Origin: Perkinsela sp. CCAP 1560/9
Taxonomy: Eukaryota > Protista > Euglenozoa: Kinetoplastea
Length of the DNA stretch: 64,000 nt
Assembly: GCA_965644495.1 (NCBI GenBank)
Contig: CBFFSA010000008.1
Span: forward strand, 186,001-250,000
Reading direction: 5' to 3'
In this document: positions 1 through 11,109 of the stretch, piece after piece
Numbering within the stretch: position 1 is the first letter of the stretch
How the letters are laid out: each line of letters begins with the position of its first letter
Made by a program: the position numbers and the translations under genes
Notes under the pieces: generated by a model
The model's database searches: none
What the model was told of the DNA's origin: nothing
Seen by the model: only the letters and a program-made list of their open reading frames with translations

Positions 1-287
1 ATGTCATACGATTGGTATGAAAGCGTTTGAGCAAAACTTTTTCTCAAAAAAACACCGTTTAATTCACTGAAATTAACATTGAGTTAAAGGGTGGTATTAA
101 TTCACCATTTAATTTATCGTTCACAGGTTTGGCAGCCGAACCATTTTGGACAGGTTCGTAGAGCATCCACTTGAACTCACGCTTTGCCCCCTGTAGGTCG
201 GGCTACACGTCAAACTCAAAGGTTTTGTCTCTGAACGCATACTGCCGTTGTAGGGGATTTGTTTGAGGTGGGCCCCTAAACGCAGTC

Positions 288-319
288 TCCCTGGTATCGG
301 ATCGATCCGATACCAGGGA
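288..319. repeat. Perfect 32-bp palindrome downstream of the LINE fragment
   Basis: tccctggtatcggatc|gatccgataccaggga. Confidence 0.9.
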
Positions 320-464
320 AAGGCGTCCCACCCAGTGGGAATGGCTTCAAACTGAAATACCTATTGTCCGTTCTCTATCCATACGATTTACTTACTTTGT
401 ACAGAATAATACAATTGATTTTGTCGCGAATTTACCTTAATTCTTAACAGATACTTTTCGCCGT

Positions 465-995
465 TTAAGAGTATGTTGCATCGCGTTTGAAAATATGCCG
501 TGGAATATGTAGGCAAAAGTTGCATCTGTACTTCTCTATCAAAACTTCGGGGGATAGATCTAGCGATTCGAGATCTCGTTGCACCTCTCTAGCCCATGAG
601 CTCTCATTAAAATTTGACAAATACGGCATGCAAGCCAAGTCGTTGTTATCTATCTCATCCGTTTTAAATAGAATAGATTTGATAGGGTGTAAGGCATTTG
701 CGCGAAAGATGCGACCGGCAAGCGCAAGTCTGTGCAGAGAGATGAGAATAGCTATGGATGGTAAGCCAGCGTGAGCTTGTAAAGCAAAATGTGAAATATA
801 GTGTTTTCTACCCCATGCGTCAAAGTAATAGAAGATGTCAAGAACACTGGATAGATGGTTAATGTATGTCCTATTGAGATCGAATAAGTCTTTTGAGGAC
901 AGAACCCATGATTCCGCTCCATATATAAGAATCGGCAGCACACACGTCTTATATACAGTCCAGGTACTGGTTTCCTCCCCCAGGCTCCAGAGCAC
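465..995 (-). pseudogene. Non-LTR retrotransposon (RTE/L2-like) RT C-terminal fragment
   Basis: Motifs VYKTCVLPILIYGAESW, RLALAGRIFR and SWAREVQRDL are typical of the post-RT region of non-LTR ORFs. The fragment is 5'-truncated where the 997-1633 element begins. Confidence 0.7.
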
Positions 996-996
996 A

Positions 997-1633
997 CCGT
1001 AAGAGCTTTTGACCTAATTCCTTCGGCATTCAACAGATCTCGAAAAACTAGAGCGTTTCCCGCCGTTTGCGTGCCTATCACCCTCCCTGGGTCAAAAATG
1101 TTTAGAAAAAGCACGAAAAAATAGCATAAGTTTACTAAAAAATCCAAATATTTCGAAAATTTGGGAGTTTTCTATTCAAATATGGTTTCTCATTCTATGA
1201 ATTTGAGGGATACTCCCGTCAAATCTACTAAAGACCAGTACTAAAGGCCAGTACAACTCGACGAAAAGCAAGATACCCCCTATTACCCATAAAACGTCAC
1301 GATGTGCACTCGCAGAGCGCCTTAACCGAATTGTTAAGGAAAATTTGATACCAGAGACTGAAAAACAGCTCCGGAAGGCGCTAAAGAAAGCCTTTATGAT
1401 GCTTAAGCCTCATCCTCATGGGCGCTAATTCTTAATTTGCATAAATTCAGTTCCTAAACGCTTGCGAATTGTGCGGAGCGTTCAAGGAGACCATTGTAGG
1501 TACTAATATATAGGAATCTATACTAATATATCTATCTGTACTAATATACAACTTTGGGATGCAACTTTGGGAAACGCACTAGCTTTTCGAGATCTGTCGA
1601 ATGCCGAAGGAATTAGGTCAAAAGCTCTTACGG
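997..1633 (+). mobile_element. Tc1-like internally deleted element with ~63-bp TIRs
   Basis: 997-1061 is an imperfect inverted copy of 1569-1633 (ccgtaagagcttttgacctaattccttcggcattc...). Internal ~1444-1506 translates NSVPKRLRIVRSVQGDHCRY*, resembling a Tc1 transposase C-terminus. Confidence 0.7.
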
Positions 1634-1986
1634 AAAAATGGTGTATGAAACCCTAAGGATGATCAAATCTCGCCATTTTCCCCCCAATTTTTAAGAGTTT
1701 TGAAGGGCACCCCAAATACCAAAATTATTTACTTGTATTTCATCAGCACATCTTCTGGGGCCATTCGTGCTTTCAATTTCCAATTTCGCTCGTTAATGTG
1801 TTGTCCATGCAGTATCGATGCCCTACCGAACTCTACAAGTCTGTCACATCTTTTGACAACCTGGTGTGCTACAATTTGAGCCGTAGAACTCTTATTTTCT
1901 ATAAATATCCCAGAATCGCTTGGTCAATGTCTTCTCTTTCGTCAACACCTCTTTAGAAGGATTGTAAAATCGCTCAACATTTGAAG

Positions 1987-2716
1987 TACTGTACCCCCCC
2001 TACTCAATTGTCTCCGCTTTTCGGGAAAAAGGACAATTAAATAGGGGAAGGGGTGCAAAATTTGAAGAAAGTAGGGGGAAAAAAATTTGCGCCGCTTCGC
2101 GCCGCATGTTTCACTCTATGCTACTATCTGCTATTATTGTTCTTGTGTAAGCGTAGGTCCAATGGACACTAAAAAATTTGCGATGGGTCCCACTAGAGGA
2201 TTTTCTAGAGGCCCTACCCAAGAGACAGGAGGCCGTACTCTCACTCAACGCCCTAGAGGACCAGTAACCCGTTGTTCATTGGAGGTAGTTCCCGTGTCCG
2301 ATAAATGGGGCTCTGAGGGAGAGTCGCCATTTCCAGGAAGGGGGTTAGATGAAGGGTAATCACCGGGAGCATTAACGTTTTCCGGAAGAGAGAAAGATGA
2401 ATGGAAGTCAACTGAAGGGTTACCATTTTCCGGTAGGGGAAGAGATGAAAGGGATTGGCTGGACGGGTTAGCCATCATACCAATCGGTTCCTACCTCGGA
2501 GAACCATCAGTGCAAAAGAGTAAAAAATGAGTCAAATATTGTGTAACAAGATGTAATACGGTGCCCGTAGGACGTATATCACATTACACTAGAAAATAAG
2601 AAAATGAACAGAAAAAATCGGCGCCGCTTCGCGGCGCCTCGTGCCCAAGGCTCTGTCAAAAAGGACAATTAAATAGGGGGGTAGACGGGGGACAATTAAG
2701 TAGGGGGGGCACAGTA
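1987..2716. mobile_element. TA-flanked MITE
   Basis: TIR tactgtRcccccccTACTYaattgtc at both ends, subterminal ggacaattaaatagggg repeats, and two cgccgcttcgc motifs. Confidence 0.75.
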
Positions 2717-2729
2717 TTTGTTTTTTTTG

Positions 2730-3302
2730 CAGGGCCCGCGGAAACTTTTTAAAAGCTAAAAAAAGCTTTTTCAGATCAGAAGGAGAAAGCGCTTTAAAAG
2801 CATTAGTCGAGCTTTTTTTTAGCGTTCGAGATTTTGAATACATGGGTACACCACTTCATTGTCTACGCAACCGCCGTAGCTCATTTCGGCTAAAAGTTGC
2901 CTGCCATAACGTATCTGCCTGCCCTCATGTCGTATCTCATAGCTGACTAGGGCCTCTCAATACAATTAAATACACGCTCCACTTCTAAAATATCTGTTGA
3001 GGTGAAGTAAAACATCTGGGGTGGAGGGGCACATGGACGAAAAAATTAAAAGGCAGCAACAGGGTACAGAAATGCAAATGTAGGTTACTGTATCGGGAAA
3101 ATCTCTACCATCGGGACCAGTGGTGCGTTCGAAATACTCTAAGCGGAAAGCTCATCGGGCCAAGTTGCTATCGCTCGTCATAGAATAAGAATAAAGCGGT
3201 AAAATAATTCTCTCATAAAAAAAGTTTTTAAAAGCTCTATTAAAAAGTTGAAAGCGCTTTAAAAGCCTTTTTTTGGAAGTTTAAAAGTTTCCGCGGGCCC
3301 TG
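2730..3302. mobile_element. MITE with 20-bp CAGGG TIRs (hAT-like ends)
   Basis: cagggcccgcggaaactttt at 2730 and its exact reverse complement ending at 3302; subterminal aaaagc repeats; no clear TSD. Confidence 0.7.
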
Positions 3303-3342
3303 AATTTTGGAACAAATTTGGGGGAAAAAGAGAGATTCGACC

Positions 3343-3618
3343 CTAAGGATTATGTTTTAAACGTTGAGCAAGTTTTGCTTGCTTTGCCTGGCGCTCAGCG
3401 TTCTGTTTGGCCGTAATTTTCTTAAGAATTCCTTCTTGTTGCAACAAAACTTTCATCTGACGCTTCCATTTCCTTGCCAATTCGTATTTTCGCAAAGCAA
3501 ATCCATACGGACGCATGTTCCTCAATCCCCGGGAATCAGTTAAATCCTCAATAAGATTTCGTGAAAGGACGGGTCCTACATGTGTCCGAGGAGACATTAA
3601 TAAAGAACAACGAAGCAT
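3343..3618 (-). CDS. Small basic hypothetical protein, possibly mitochondrial
   Basis: MLRCSLL-type N-terminus, K/R/Q-rich helical C-terminus, on the cluster strand. The ORF track extends it to 3657. Confidence 0.45.
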   Translation of the reverse strand: MLRCSLLMSPRTHVGPVLSRNLIEDLTDSRGLRNMRPYGFALRKYELARKWKRQMKVLLQQEGILKKITAKQNAERQAKQAKLAQRLKHNP

Positions 3619-3848
3619 TAACGGAAAGAACGAGCCTACCTCGAAGGTATTTTTCATTGAAAGTCTTCTTGTAATCAGAAGGTATGATTGGATGGTCGTT
3701 GAAGCAATATTCGGCGCAATATGCTTAAAATTGGGACGTTCAAAAGATACATGGTCATATGTGTTGGAATACAGGGTATTTTAGAAATATCGTTATTAAA
3801 TACTATTTTTTTTGGAACACTGACGACACTGATCAGAGGAAATGCAAG

Positions 3849-4105
3849 TACCGTAGACCCCCCAGTAAGAAACTTACCCCGCTAAGAGAGATTCGGCCCA
3901 TTTTGGGCTGACTCCTAGTACTGTAACGAAGATTGGGCTGACAGGGACTAGCTGGCAGGGACAGAGATTTGACATTTTTGGCCCAAAACCGATTCTATTA
4001 CTGATGGATTCCATTACAGCCAGAATCTGTTATATATTTTCTTCCAGCTATCGTATACCACGGCGGTACCAATCTTTTAATTCTATTACTGGCAGGTCTG
4101 CGGTA
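3849..4105. mobile_element. TA-flanked MITE (taccgtagaccccccagtaa family)
   Basis: Imperfect TIR ending tattactggcaggtctgcggta; same family as 26043-26170. Confidence 0.7.
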
Positions 4106-4172
4106 AATAATTTAGGTAAAAGGTAATCTATTTAGTGCTTTTTAAAAGTTTAGGAAACAGAGGCAAAAAACT

Positions 4173-5975
4173 TCAGAAAGTTTTTCCCCTTCGTATACAT
4201 CCTTCATATGAATCAGAAGCAATTTTTACAGATCTCCACGCATCGCGCAATGCATGTAGGGCTAATGAGGAAGACATGATGACACCCAGACCCTTGGAAT
4301 CTGCTTGCACTTCAACGGATGTGTCAATATGATGCTTGGTAAAAAAATTTCTTGTTAGCACGCGGACTTCACAACGCTCCAATATTTCGTACGGAAGATG
4401 ATGCCCCTCCTCGGGAATGCACAAAATAATACGAAGGCTACACAGAACACAATATATCCTTCGTAGGAAAGAACTTGTTCCTCTAATAGAAGAACAGTTT
4501 TGTTGCTTTTCCAATCGCGATCTACCAACTTTAAGCAAAGCTCGATGAAAATCGTAAGGCTGAAATACAGAACAGGTTATATCTATCTTGCGTGCACCAT
4601 TTTCGCATTTCCGATTATATTGCACTGGATTTAGATACGGATATTCAGTGTCAAGTGCCCACCATGACAGCGCTGAAGTCTTTGAGGGTCCTTCAACGCC
4701 TACGCTGCAAATGCTAAGAAAGCTGTGACGATAATAAAGTTTCGAAGCTAAATCTGATTTTAACGAAGTTAATGAAGGTTTTTCCATAATCTCTATTCTT
4801 CTAAGAACGATATCCAGCTTTTGCGGTATTTTAAGAAGTATCAAGGGAAGAGCTGATTTCTTTTCTTCGTGCATTAATTTGAGCGGTTCTTGACTCTTTC
4901 TCACTGCAGAGTAGAAAATATTTACTTCGTTGCCTATCGCTGCATGACGATATACCATTGTGCTCTTATTCGCTCCGAGGCATCCTCTCGTGTTCAGTTT
5001 TCTGCGACCAACTACGTGCGCTGTTCGTATTCCACATGCACTGGCGCTTCGTAGAATAGGTCCTAAGCTAGGATCCCCATATAACCTCACGCAAAGCACA
5101 CTGACTTCCAGCAGCGAAACGCAATACAGTTCTTCCCGCTTTCCTAGAACCACATCAATGAATATTGACCAATCGCTGGATGACATATTTTGCCACAGAC
5201 TTAAATACCAAAGCGCAACAGCTAAGGCACATGCCATATTGAGTGATCCTACACCTTTTGCGCTCATTGCGCAGGAGCTTAAACAGCCTGTATCAGGTAC
5301 TTGAGATTCATCAAAATTAATGTATTGGGGAATGTACGCCATGTATTCATACTTATCGCTAGGTTCAGTTCGCAAACCATTTTCCTCTCCCAAGATAAAC
5401 TGAATATGGGGTCGAAGTGAATCGTTTTTCCGTGCATAGAATCTTGTCCCATGTCTTCCTGTACCATACTCGAGATTAATTCTTTCCAACACACGGAGCA
5501 AACTTTCGGCGGGAGCCCAAGTCCCTGATGGCGGTGATAAAGCAATTCGAATCAGCGGAACACAGCGTTTGGACATTTTCGCAGGTGCAGAAGCTTCTCC
5601 ATGTCTCAAACAACGAAACGAATACGGGTAAAAAAGGAAGGGAAGTTCTTCACGGTATTGCACAGACTCGTTTTCAGAATTTCTACGTGGAAAAGTTTTG
5701 ATATTGCTGGATTGTAGTTCTAATTGTCGGTGTGAGGCATCAGGTACTGATGCAGAATTCAAGGCCTTTCGTCGCCCATCGATGTTTAGAGACAATATGT
5801 GGATTGAAACACAAGGCTGTATTTCCAACCATAACCTTGCAAGCGACCATAAATTTCGACGAAATTTCACACCTTGAACAATGACAGAATGTGATGCTGG
5901 CAATATGATTCCTTTCCTTGGCCAAACTATTCCCATTGTCCAGGCTTCCCAAAGCACACACATGTGTGGCTGCAT
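4173..5975 (-). CDS. SpoU/TrmH-family (SPOUT) RNA methyltransferase with tandem domains
   Basis: FILGEENGL..YIPQY..GVGSLNMACALAVALW, then a second unit SLGPILRSASACG..IPEEGHHL..GLGVIMSSSLAL. Confidence 0.75.
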   Translation of the reverse strand: MQPHMCVLWEAWTMGIVWPRKGIILPASHSVIVQGVKFRRNLWSLARLWLEIQPCVSIHILSLNIDGRRKALNSASVPDASHRQLELQSSNIKTFPRRNSENESVQYREELPFLFYPYSFRCLRHGEASAPAKMSKRCVPLIRIALSPPSGTWAPAESLLRVLERINLEYGTGRHGTRFYARKNDSLRPHIQFILGEENGLRTEPSDKYEYMAYIPQYINFDESQVPDTGCLSSCAMSAKGVGSLNMACALAVALWYLSLWQNMSSSDWSIFIDVVLGKREELYCVSLLEVSVLCVRLYGDPSLGPILRSASACGIRTAHVVGRRKLNTRGCLGANKSTMVYRHAAIGNEVNIFYSAVRKSQEPLKLMHEEKKSALPLILLKIPQKLDIVLRRIEIMEKPSLTSLKSDLASKLYYRHSFLSICSVGVEGPSKTSALSWWALDTEYPYLNPVQYNRKCENGARKIDITCSVFQPYDFHRALLKVGRSRLEKQQNCSSIRGTSSFLRRIYCVLCSLRIILCIPEEGHHLPYEILERCEVRVLTRNFFTKHHIDTSVEVQADSKGLGVIMSSSLALHALRDAWRSVKIASDSYEGCIRRGKTF

Positions 5976-6090
5976 TTAATCCGAAGCAACGACTTAGAAT
6001 CCTCATGTACAAATGCTACGTGGTGTTTATCAAATAATTCAACTTCATGAGTGACACTAATAAAATAACAAAAAGAGTATTATTCATTAA

Positions 6091-7000
6091 TAATTTTCTT
6101 TTTTAGGCTCTTCGTTAAACGCGGTGGTTGCTTTCAACTTAGAAGTCACTCATGCTGCGCGCTTCGCGTTGAAAACTACCGCCGCGTTTAACGAAGAGCC
6201 TAAAAAAGAAAATTTGTCCTGGAAAACGGAAAGATTATAGCCAAAAATAGCCGAATTTCGGGTAAAAATGGGGTGATTTTCGCGTATTTTTGCTCTCAGA
6301 GCACTAAATCCGACATTTGCGCGTGGGAAATCACTCGCAGGCATGAACGAAAGCCTACCGAACGTATTGGGTAGAGAATGCGACTCCAACCATACCATTC
6401 TTTCGACACAAAAATGCCCCTTTAGGTCCGAAAAATACTTTTTCACCTTTTTTAGTCAAAATTGGGTCATTTTGAGGGGCGCACCACGGTTCGAAGAAGT
6501 GATACCTTGCGAAAACAACTGCGGAGAAAGCTAGTGTAGGTCCCAAACTATCAAAATACAATAGGGGAAACGATTTTGGAAAAATATTTTTTTTGTCATT
6601 TTTTTCGCCAAGTTGAAATTTTTTTCAAAAAATTTTTTCCGAAAAAATCCGAACTTGGCGGACCCGTCCTGCGCATACGCGGGGGGGTCACCCCCGGGTA
6701 GGGGGGTGGAAAATGCGCGCCAAGACCCCGGCTACCCTTTCTGCGGTTTTTTTTCGAAAACTAATTTTTTCGAAAAAATTTGCTCGACCATGCCCCCCCC
6801 CCCCTGGACCCCCCCCCTGGACCCCCCCATGGACCCCCCATTTTTTTCAAATTTTTTTTTCAGTTTTGGACCACCGGAGCCCCCTTTTATATTTTTTTCT
6901 TCTATTATATTACTGTGTTCCTCTTTATATTTTCACTGTTTTTGTTCACTTTTTTTTCAATAATCGAGTGTAGAGCGGTAGTTTTACAACCACCGCAATA
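6091..7000 (+). repeat. Dispersed ~900-bp repeat, copy 1
   Basis: Near-identical to 8453-9340 (the ORF-track peptides at 6150 and 8513 are nearly the same); inverted partial copy at 9710-10175. Confidence 0.9.
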
Positions 7001-7141
7001 AAGACACATACATGTATAAACGAAACTAACTCAACTATGATATTAAAAACTATTGCGGTGGTTATACAACTACCGCCCTATCCTCGATTATTGGAAAAAA
7101 GTGAACAAAAACAGTGAAAATATAAAGAGGAAAACAGTAAT
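6910..7141. repeat. Long inverted repeat (~90-bp arms, ~50-bp loop)
   Basis: 7051-7141 is an imperfect reverse complement of 6910-7000. Confidence 0.85.
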
Positions 7142-7324
7142 GAGCCCCGCGTCACCAATAAGTGACCCCCCTTATTTTTTGCATAGGGGGTCGTGGGGGG
7201 GTTATCATGCCACGTTGTCGTTCAAAATTTTGAGATCTGTACGTTCCCGCTGTTTTTAGCTCATTTTAAGACTTTAAATTTCAGTAAAAAATAGTATTTG
7301 ATTTTTCAACCTTTTTTTCCAAAA

Positions 7325-8049
7325 ATGCCAAAATCACCATATCGACTCCCAAGAGGGGTGCTTACTTCTAGTGGAAAGGTTCTTTTAAAGATGAGGCACG
7401 GACAAGGAGTACCAATAAAAAAGCTAGCCCGTGATTTCAACGTTTCTAGAAGGATAGTTAAAATATATTTGAACGCAAAAAAGCTACCCCAGTATACACT
7501 TTGAGTCCTGAGCGAAACAAAATAATGAAAACTCGTAAAACGAGAATTAAGATAATAACCCCTCTCGACCCTGCTGGAGTACCGAGATTCAATTCATCAA
7601 GGCGCATAACAGCCCAATTGAAGAAAAAGAATATACAAGTTTCAAAAAGAACAGTACAGAGAGACTTATCATCCCTGGATTACAGATATGCCGCCCGGCC
7701 GCTATGCCAAGGGCTTACCGAACACGACAAAAAGGAAAAAGAGTTCAATTTGCGTTGAATTACAATATGGATACTGCCCGTGTCATCTTTACGGACGAAA
7801 AAATATTTGATACGAATGATAGCAGAAGAAAAATGTGGGTAAGGCGCGGTCAAAAAGCAGCCCCGCGTCAAAAAGTACGTTGGGCACCAAGATGCCAAGT
7901 TTGGGGTGCTGTAGGGGTGGGGTGGAGGTACTTGGTAATTCTACAAAATGACACATCTATTACAAGTGAGACGTACATAGAAACATTAAAAGAGGTAGAT
8001 TTCCCCCCTAATCGTATTTTTCAGCAAGATAGGGCAACGGCACACACTT
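7325..8049 (+). pseudogene. Tc1/mariner transposase, frameshifted and 3'-truncated
   Basis: HTH (IKKLARDFNVSRRIV), second HTH (SSRRITAQL..VSKRTVQRDL), VIFTDEKIF, QVWGAVG and FQQDRATAHT, spread over three frames; the third catalytic residue is missing. Confidence 0.9.
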
Positions 8050-8137
8050 TCGATGAGTACTCATCCAAACTACCATTACAATGCGATCTGCGGTAGTTTG
8101 GATGAGTACTTTCATTTTCGTCGGAGGGCGGTAATAG

Positions 8138-9674
8138 TACTGTACCCCCACCCCTAGTTATCTGTCGCTACTTTTCGAGAAAAGGTGACAGATAACTAGG
8201 GGTGGGGTAGGGGTGCGACAGATAACTAGGGGTGGGGTAGGGGTGCGACAGATAACTAGAGGGGTCAAAGTGCGACAGATAACTAGGGGGGTCCGTCGCC
8301 AAAAAAAGCGAGGGAACGAAATGTAACAGAAACAGCATCTTTATTGCCTAGGAAGATTCCTTTCTACCCCGATGGGGTACTATAAGCTGAAGACATGCGT
8401 CTACGGGTTAAAAGAAGCCCAGAGAGTAATTCACACATTTTATTGGGTTAAAATAATTTTCTTTTTTAGGCTCTTCATTAAACGCGGTGGTTGTTTTCAA
8501 CTTAGAAGTCACTCATGCTGCGCGCTTCGCGTTGAAAACTACCGCCGCGTTTAACGAAGAGCCTAAAAAAGAAAATTTAGCCTGGAAAACGGAAAGATTA
8601 TAGCCCAAAATAGCCGAATTTCGGGTAAAAATGGGGTGATTTTGGCGTAATTTTGCTCTCAGAGCACTAAATCCGACATTTGCGCGTGGGAAATCACTCG
8701 TAGGCATGAATGAAAGCCTACGGAACGTATTGGGTAGAGAATGCGACTCCAACCATACCATTCTTTCGACACAAAAATGCCCCTTTAGGTCCGAAAAATA
8801 CTTTTTCACCTTTTTTAGTCAAAAATGGGTCATTTTGAGGGGCGCACCACGGTTAGAAGAAGGGATACCTTGCGAAAGCAACTGCGGAGAAAGCTAGTGT
8901 AGGTCCCAAACTATCAAAATACAACAGGGGAAACGATTTTGGAAAAATATTTTTTTTGCCATTTTTTTCGCCAAGTTGAATTTTTTTTCAAAATTTTTTT
9001 TCCGAAAAAATCCGAACTAGGCAGACCCGTCCTGCGGATACGCGGGGGGGTCACCCCCGGGTAGGGGGGTGGAAAATGAGCGCCAAGACCCCGGCTACCC
9101 TTTCTGCGGTTTTTTTTCGAAAACTAATTTTTTCGAAAAAATTTGCTCGACCATGACCCCCCCCCTGGACCCCCCATTTTTATCAATTTTTTTTTTCAGT
9201 TTTGGACCACCGGAGCCCCCTTTTATATTTTTTTCTTCTATTATATTACTGTGTTCCTCTTTATATTTTCACTGTTTTTGTTCACTTTTTTTTCAATAAT
9301 CGAGTAGTTTTACAACCGGTAGTTTTACAACCACCGCAATAATTATGTTGCATCCATGGGTTAAAGTAAAACATCGGGAGCTATTGGACTCCAATCACAT
9401 GATGGAGGGGATACCGAAGCGGACGATGATGGGGATGATGAAAGGGATGATGATCCAATTTTCCGATTTTGACCGTAGAACGCCACGCAAAACCATTAGC
9501 CTAAAAGCAGAACAGAAAAAAATTAAACTTTCGCTTCTATTTTTATAAATTTTTCATTTTGTTTAGAAAGGCGACAGATAACTAGGTCGACGAAAAAAAA
9601 ATGTTCGAAAGGCTGAAAAGCGACAGATAACTAGGGGGGTGGGGGGGTGACAGATAACTAGGGGGGGTACAGTA
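8138..9674. mobile_element. TA-flanked TIR element containing copy 2 of the dispersed repeat
   Basis: tactgtacccc..ctagttatctgtc at the left end and gacagataactagggggggg tacagta at the right end; gacagataactag is repeated about 7 times subterminally. Confidence 0.75.
8453..9340 (+). repeat. Dispersed repeat, copy 2
   Basis: Direct copy of 6091-7000. Confidence 0.9.
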
Positions 9675-9709
9675 GTTTGGATGAGTACTCATCGAAACTA
9701 CCACAATCC

Positions 9710-10175
9710 CAAAAATTCAACTTGGCGAAAAAACTGGTAAACACAATATTTTTTTAAAATCGTTTCCCCTGTTGTATTTTGATAGTTTGGGACCTACATT
9801 AGCTTTCTGCGCCGTTGTTTTCACAAGGTACCCCTTCTTGGAGCCGTGCTGTGCCTAGAAAAATGACCCATTTTTGACTAAAAGCAAAATAGCATTATCT
9901 ACCCAATACGTTCGATAGGCTTTCATTCATGCCTACGAGTGATTTCTCACACGCAAATATCAGATTTAGTGCTCTGAGAGCAAAAATACCCTGAAATGAC
10001 CCCATTTTTACCCGAAAATCGGCTACTTTTGGCTATAATCTTTCCGTTTTCTTCAGCTTTCCAGACCAAATTTTCTTTTTTAGGCTCTTCGTTAAACGCG
10101 GTGGTCAACGCGAAGCGCGCAGCATGAGTGACTTCTAAGTTGAAAACAACCACCACGTTTAACGAAGAGTCTAAA
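9710..10175 (-). repeat. Dispersed repeat, inverted partial copy 3
   Basis: Reverse complement of ~6105-6625 with internal deletions. Confidence 0.85.
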
Positions 10176-10397
10176 ATTATCCAATAGTACTGAGCCATAG
10201 TATTGAGCCATAGAGCCTAAAAATATATTTATAAGTTTACTTCATTCACCACGAAGCGCGCAGCATTACCTTTATCATCGGACATTAACCGTCTCCTGTA
10301 ATAAAGCTCTAGACAAAAAATAACCTCAAATAAATTCTTCCGTAAATACATCCTTCTCTGACAAAATTCTCATAATGCGATGAATCGTGAATATGCT

Positions 10398-10844
10398 TCA
10401 AGAAAACTGAGCCTGAAAATTGGCATTTCGTTCCAGAAGTCGCTTCTTCTTCGTTGATACTTTCGAATGGTTATGTGCTGTTGATGTACTCTTCTTTTCT
10501 GTAGAAGATTGTGTACAATGTGTATTATCCTTGTTGTCTACATATCTTCGCCTTTGGGCGTGAAGGTTGCCTTCCCCAGTTGCACAAGAAACACAAAAAT
10601 CTCGGACTCGACACTCGGCTCCACACTGAGTACATTGATTTTTTCCTGCTGATGTGCGTGCTTCTAACTCCGCGTAGATGTCATAGGAGCAACAGTGTCC
10701 CATACGAATTTTTTGTTTGTGCCTTACGTTCTTGCGAGTCGATTTTTCGTGAGGTGGAAGAGATACTTGGAGTGGGCGTTGTGACACGATGGTTGTATTT
10801 CGTTGAAGACGACGCTTTCTGCGCTTTTGAGTTTTGGAAGCCAT
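10398..10844 (-). CDS. Basic hypothetical protein with a CxxC..CxxC zinc-ribbon
   Basis: ATG start, KRRKRR NLS-like stretch, CTQC..CVSC, on the cluster strand. Confidence 0.5.
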   Translation of the reverse strand: MASKTQKRRKRRLQRNTTIVSQRPLQVSLPPHEKSTRKNVRHKQKIRMGHCCSYDIYAELEARTSAGKNQCTQCGAECRVRDFCVSCATGEGNLHAQRRRYVDNKDNTHCTQSSTEKKSTSTAHNHSKVSTKKKRLLERNANFQAQFS

Positions 10845-11109
10845 GAAGTTTTTAAATCTCTAGGTAAAGGTTCTCTTTCTAGCATAATACACGAAGTAAA
10901 AGACGTCATGAACAAAAGCATTTTTTGAAAGAAAAGAGGAAAAGCAATTCGCATTTACGACATGCGCAAAGCGCTTGTTGTTGCTTTTTGCCTCTTGACA
11001 CTGTACTTTAGATCAGTAAACATTAGATTCCCGGGGCTTCAAGTCACGTACTGGTCCACCAAATATTTCTTGCTAGCTTTTTCAACGTGATACAAATTGA
11101 GGGCGGCCG

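Noticed and set aside
2245-2478. Pro/Ser-rich 77-aa ORF
   Set aside because: Lies inside a MITE and has no recognisable domain
6150-7001. Short ORFs in the dispersed repeat (also 8513-9299)
   Set aside because: Low-complexity sequence with homopolymer-length differences between copies and no protein motifs
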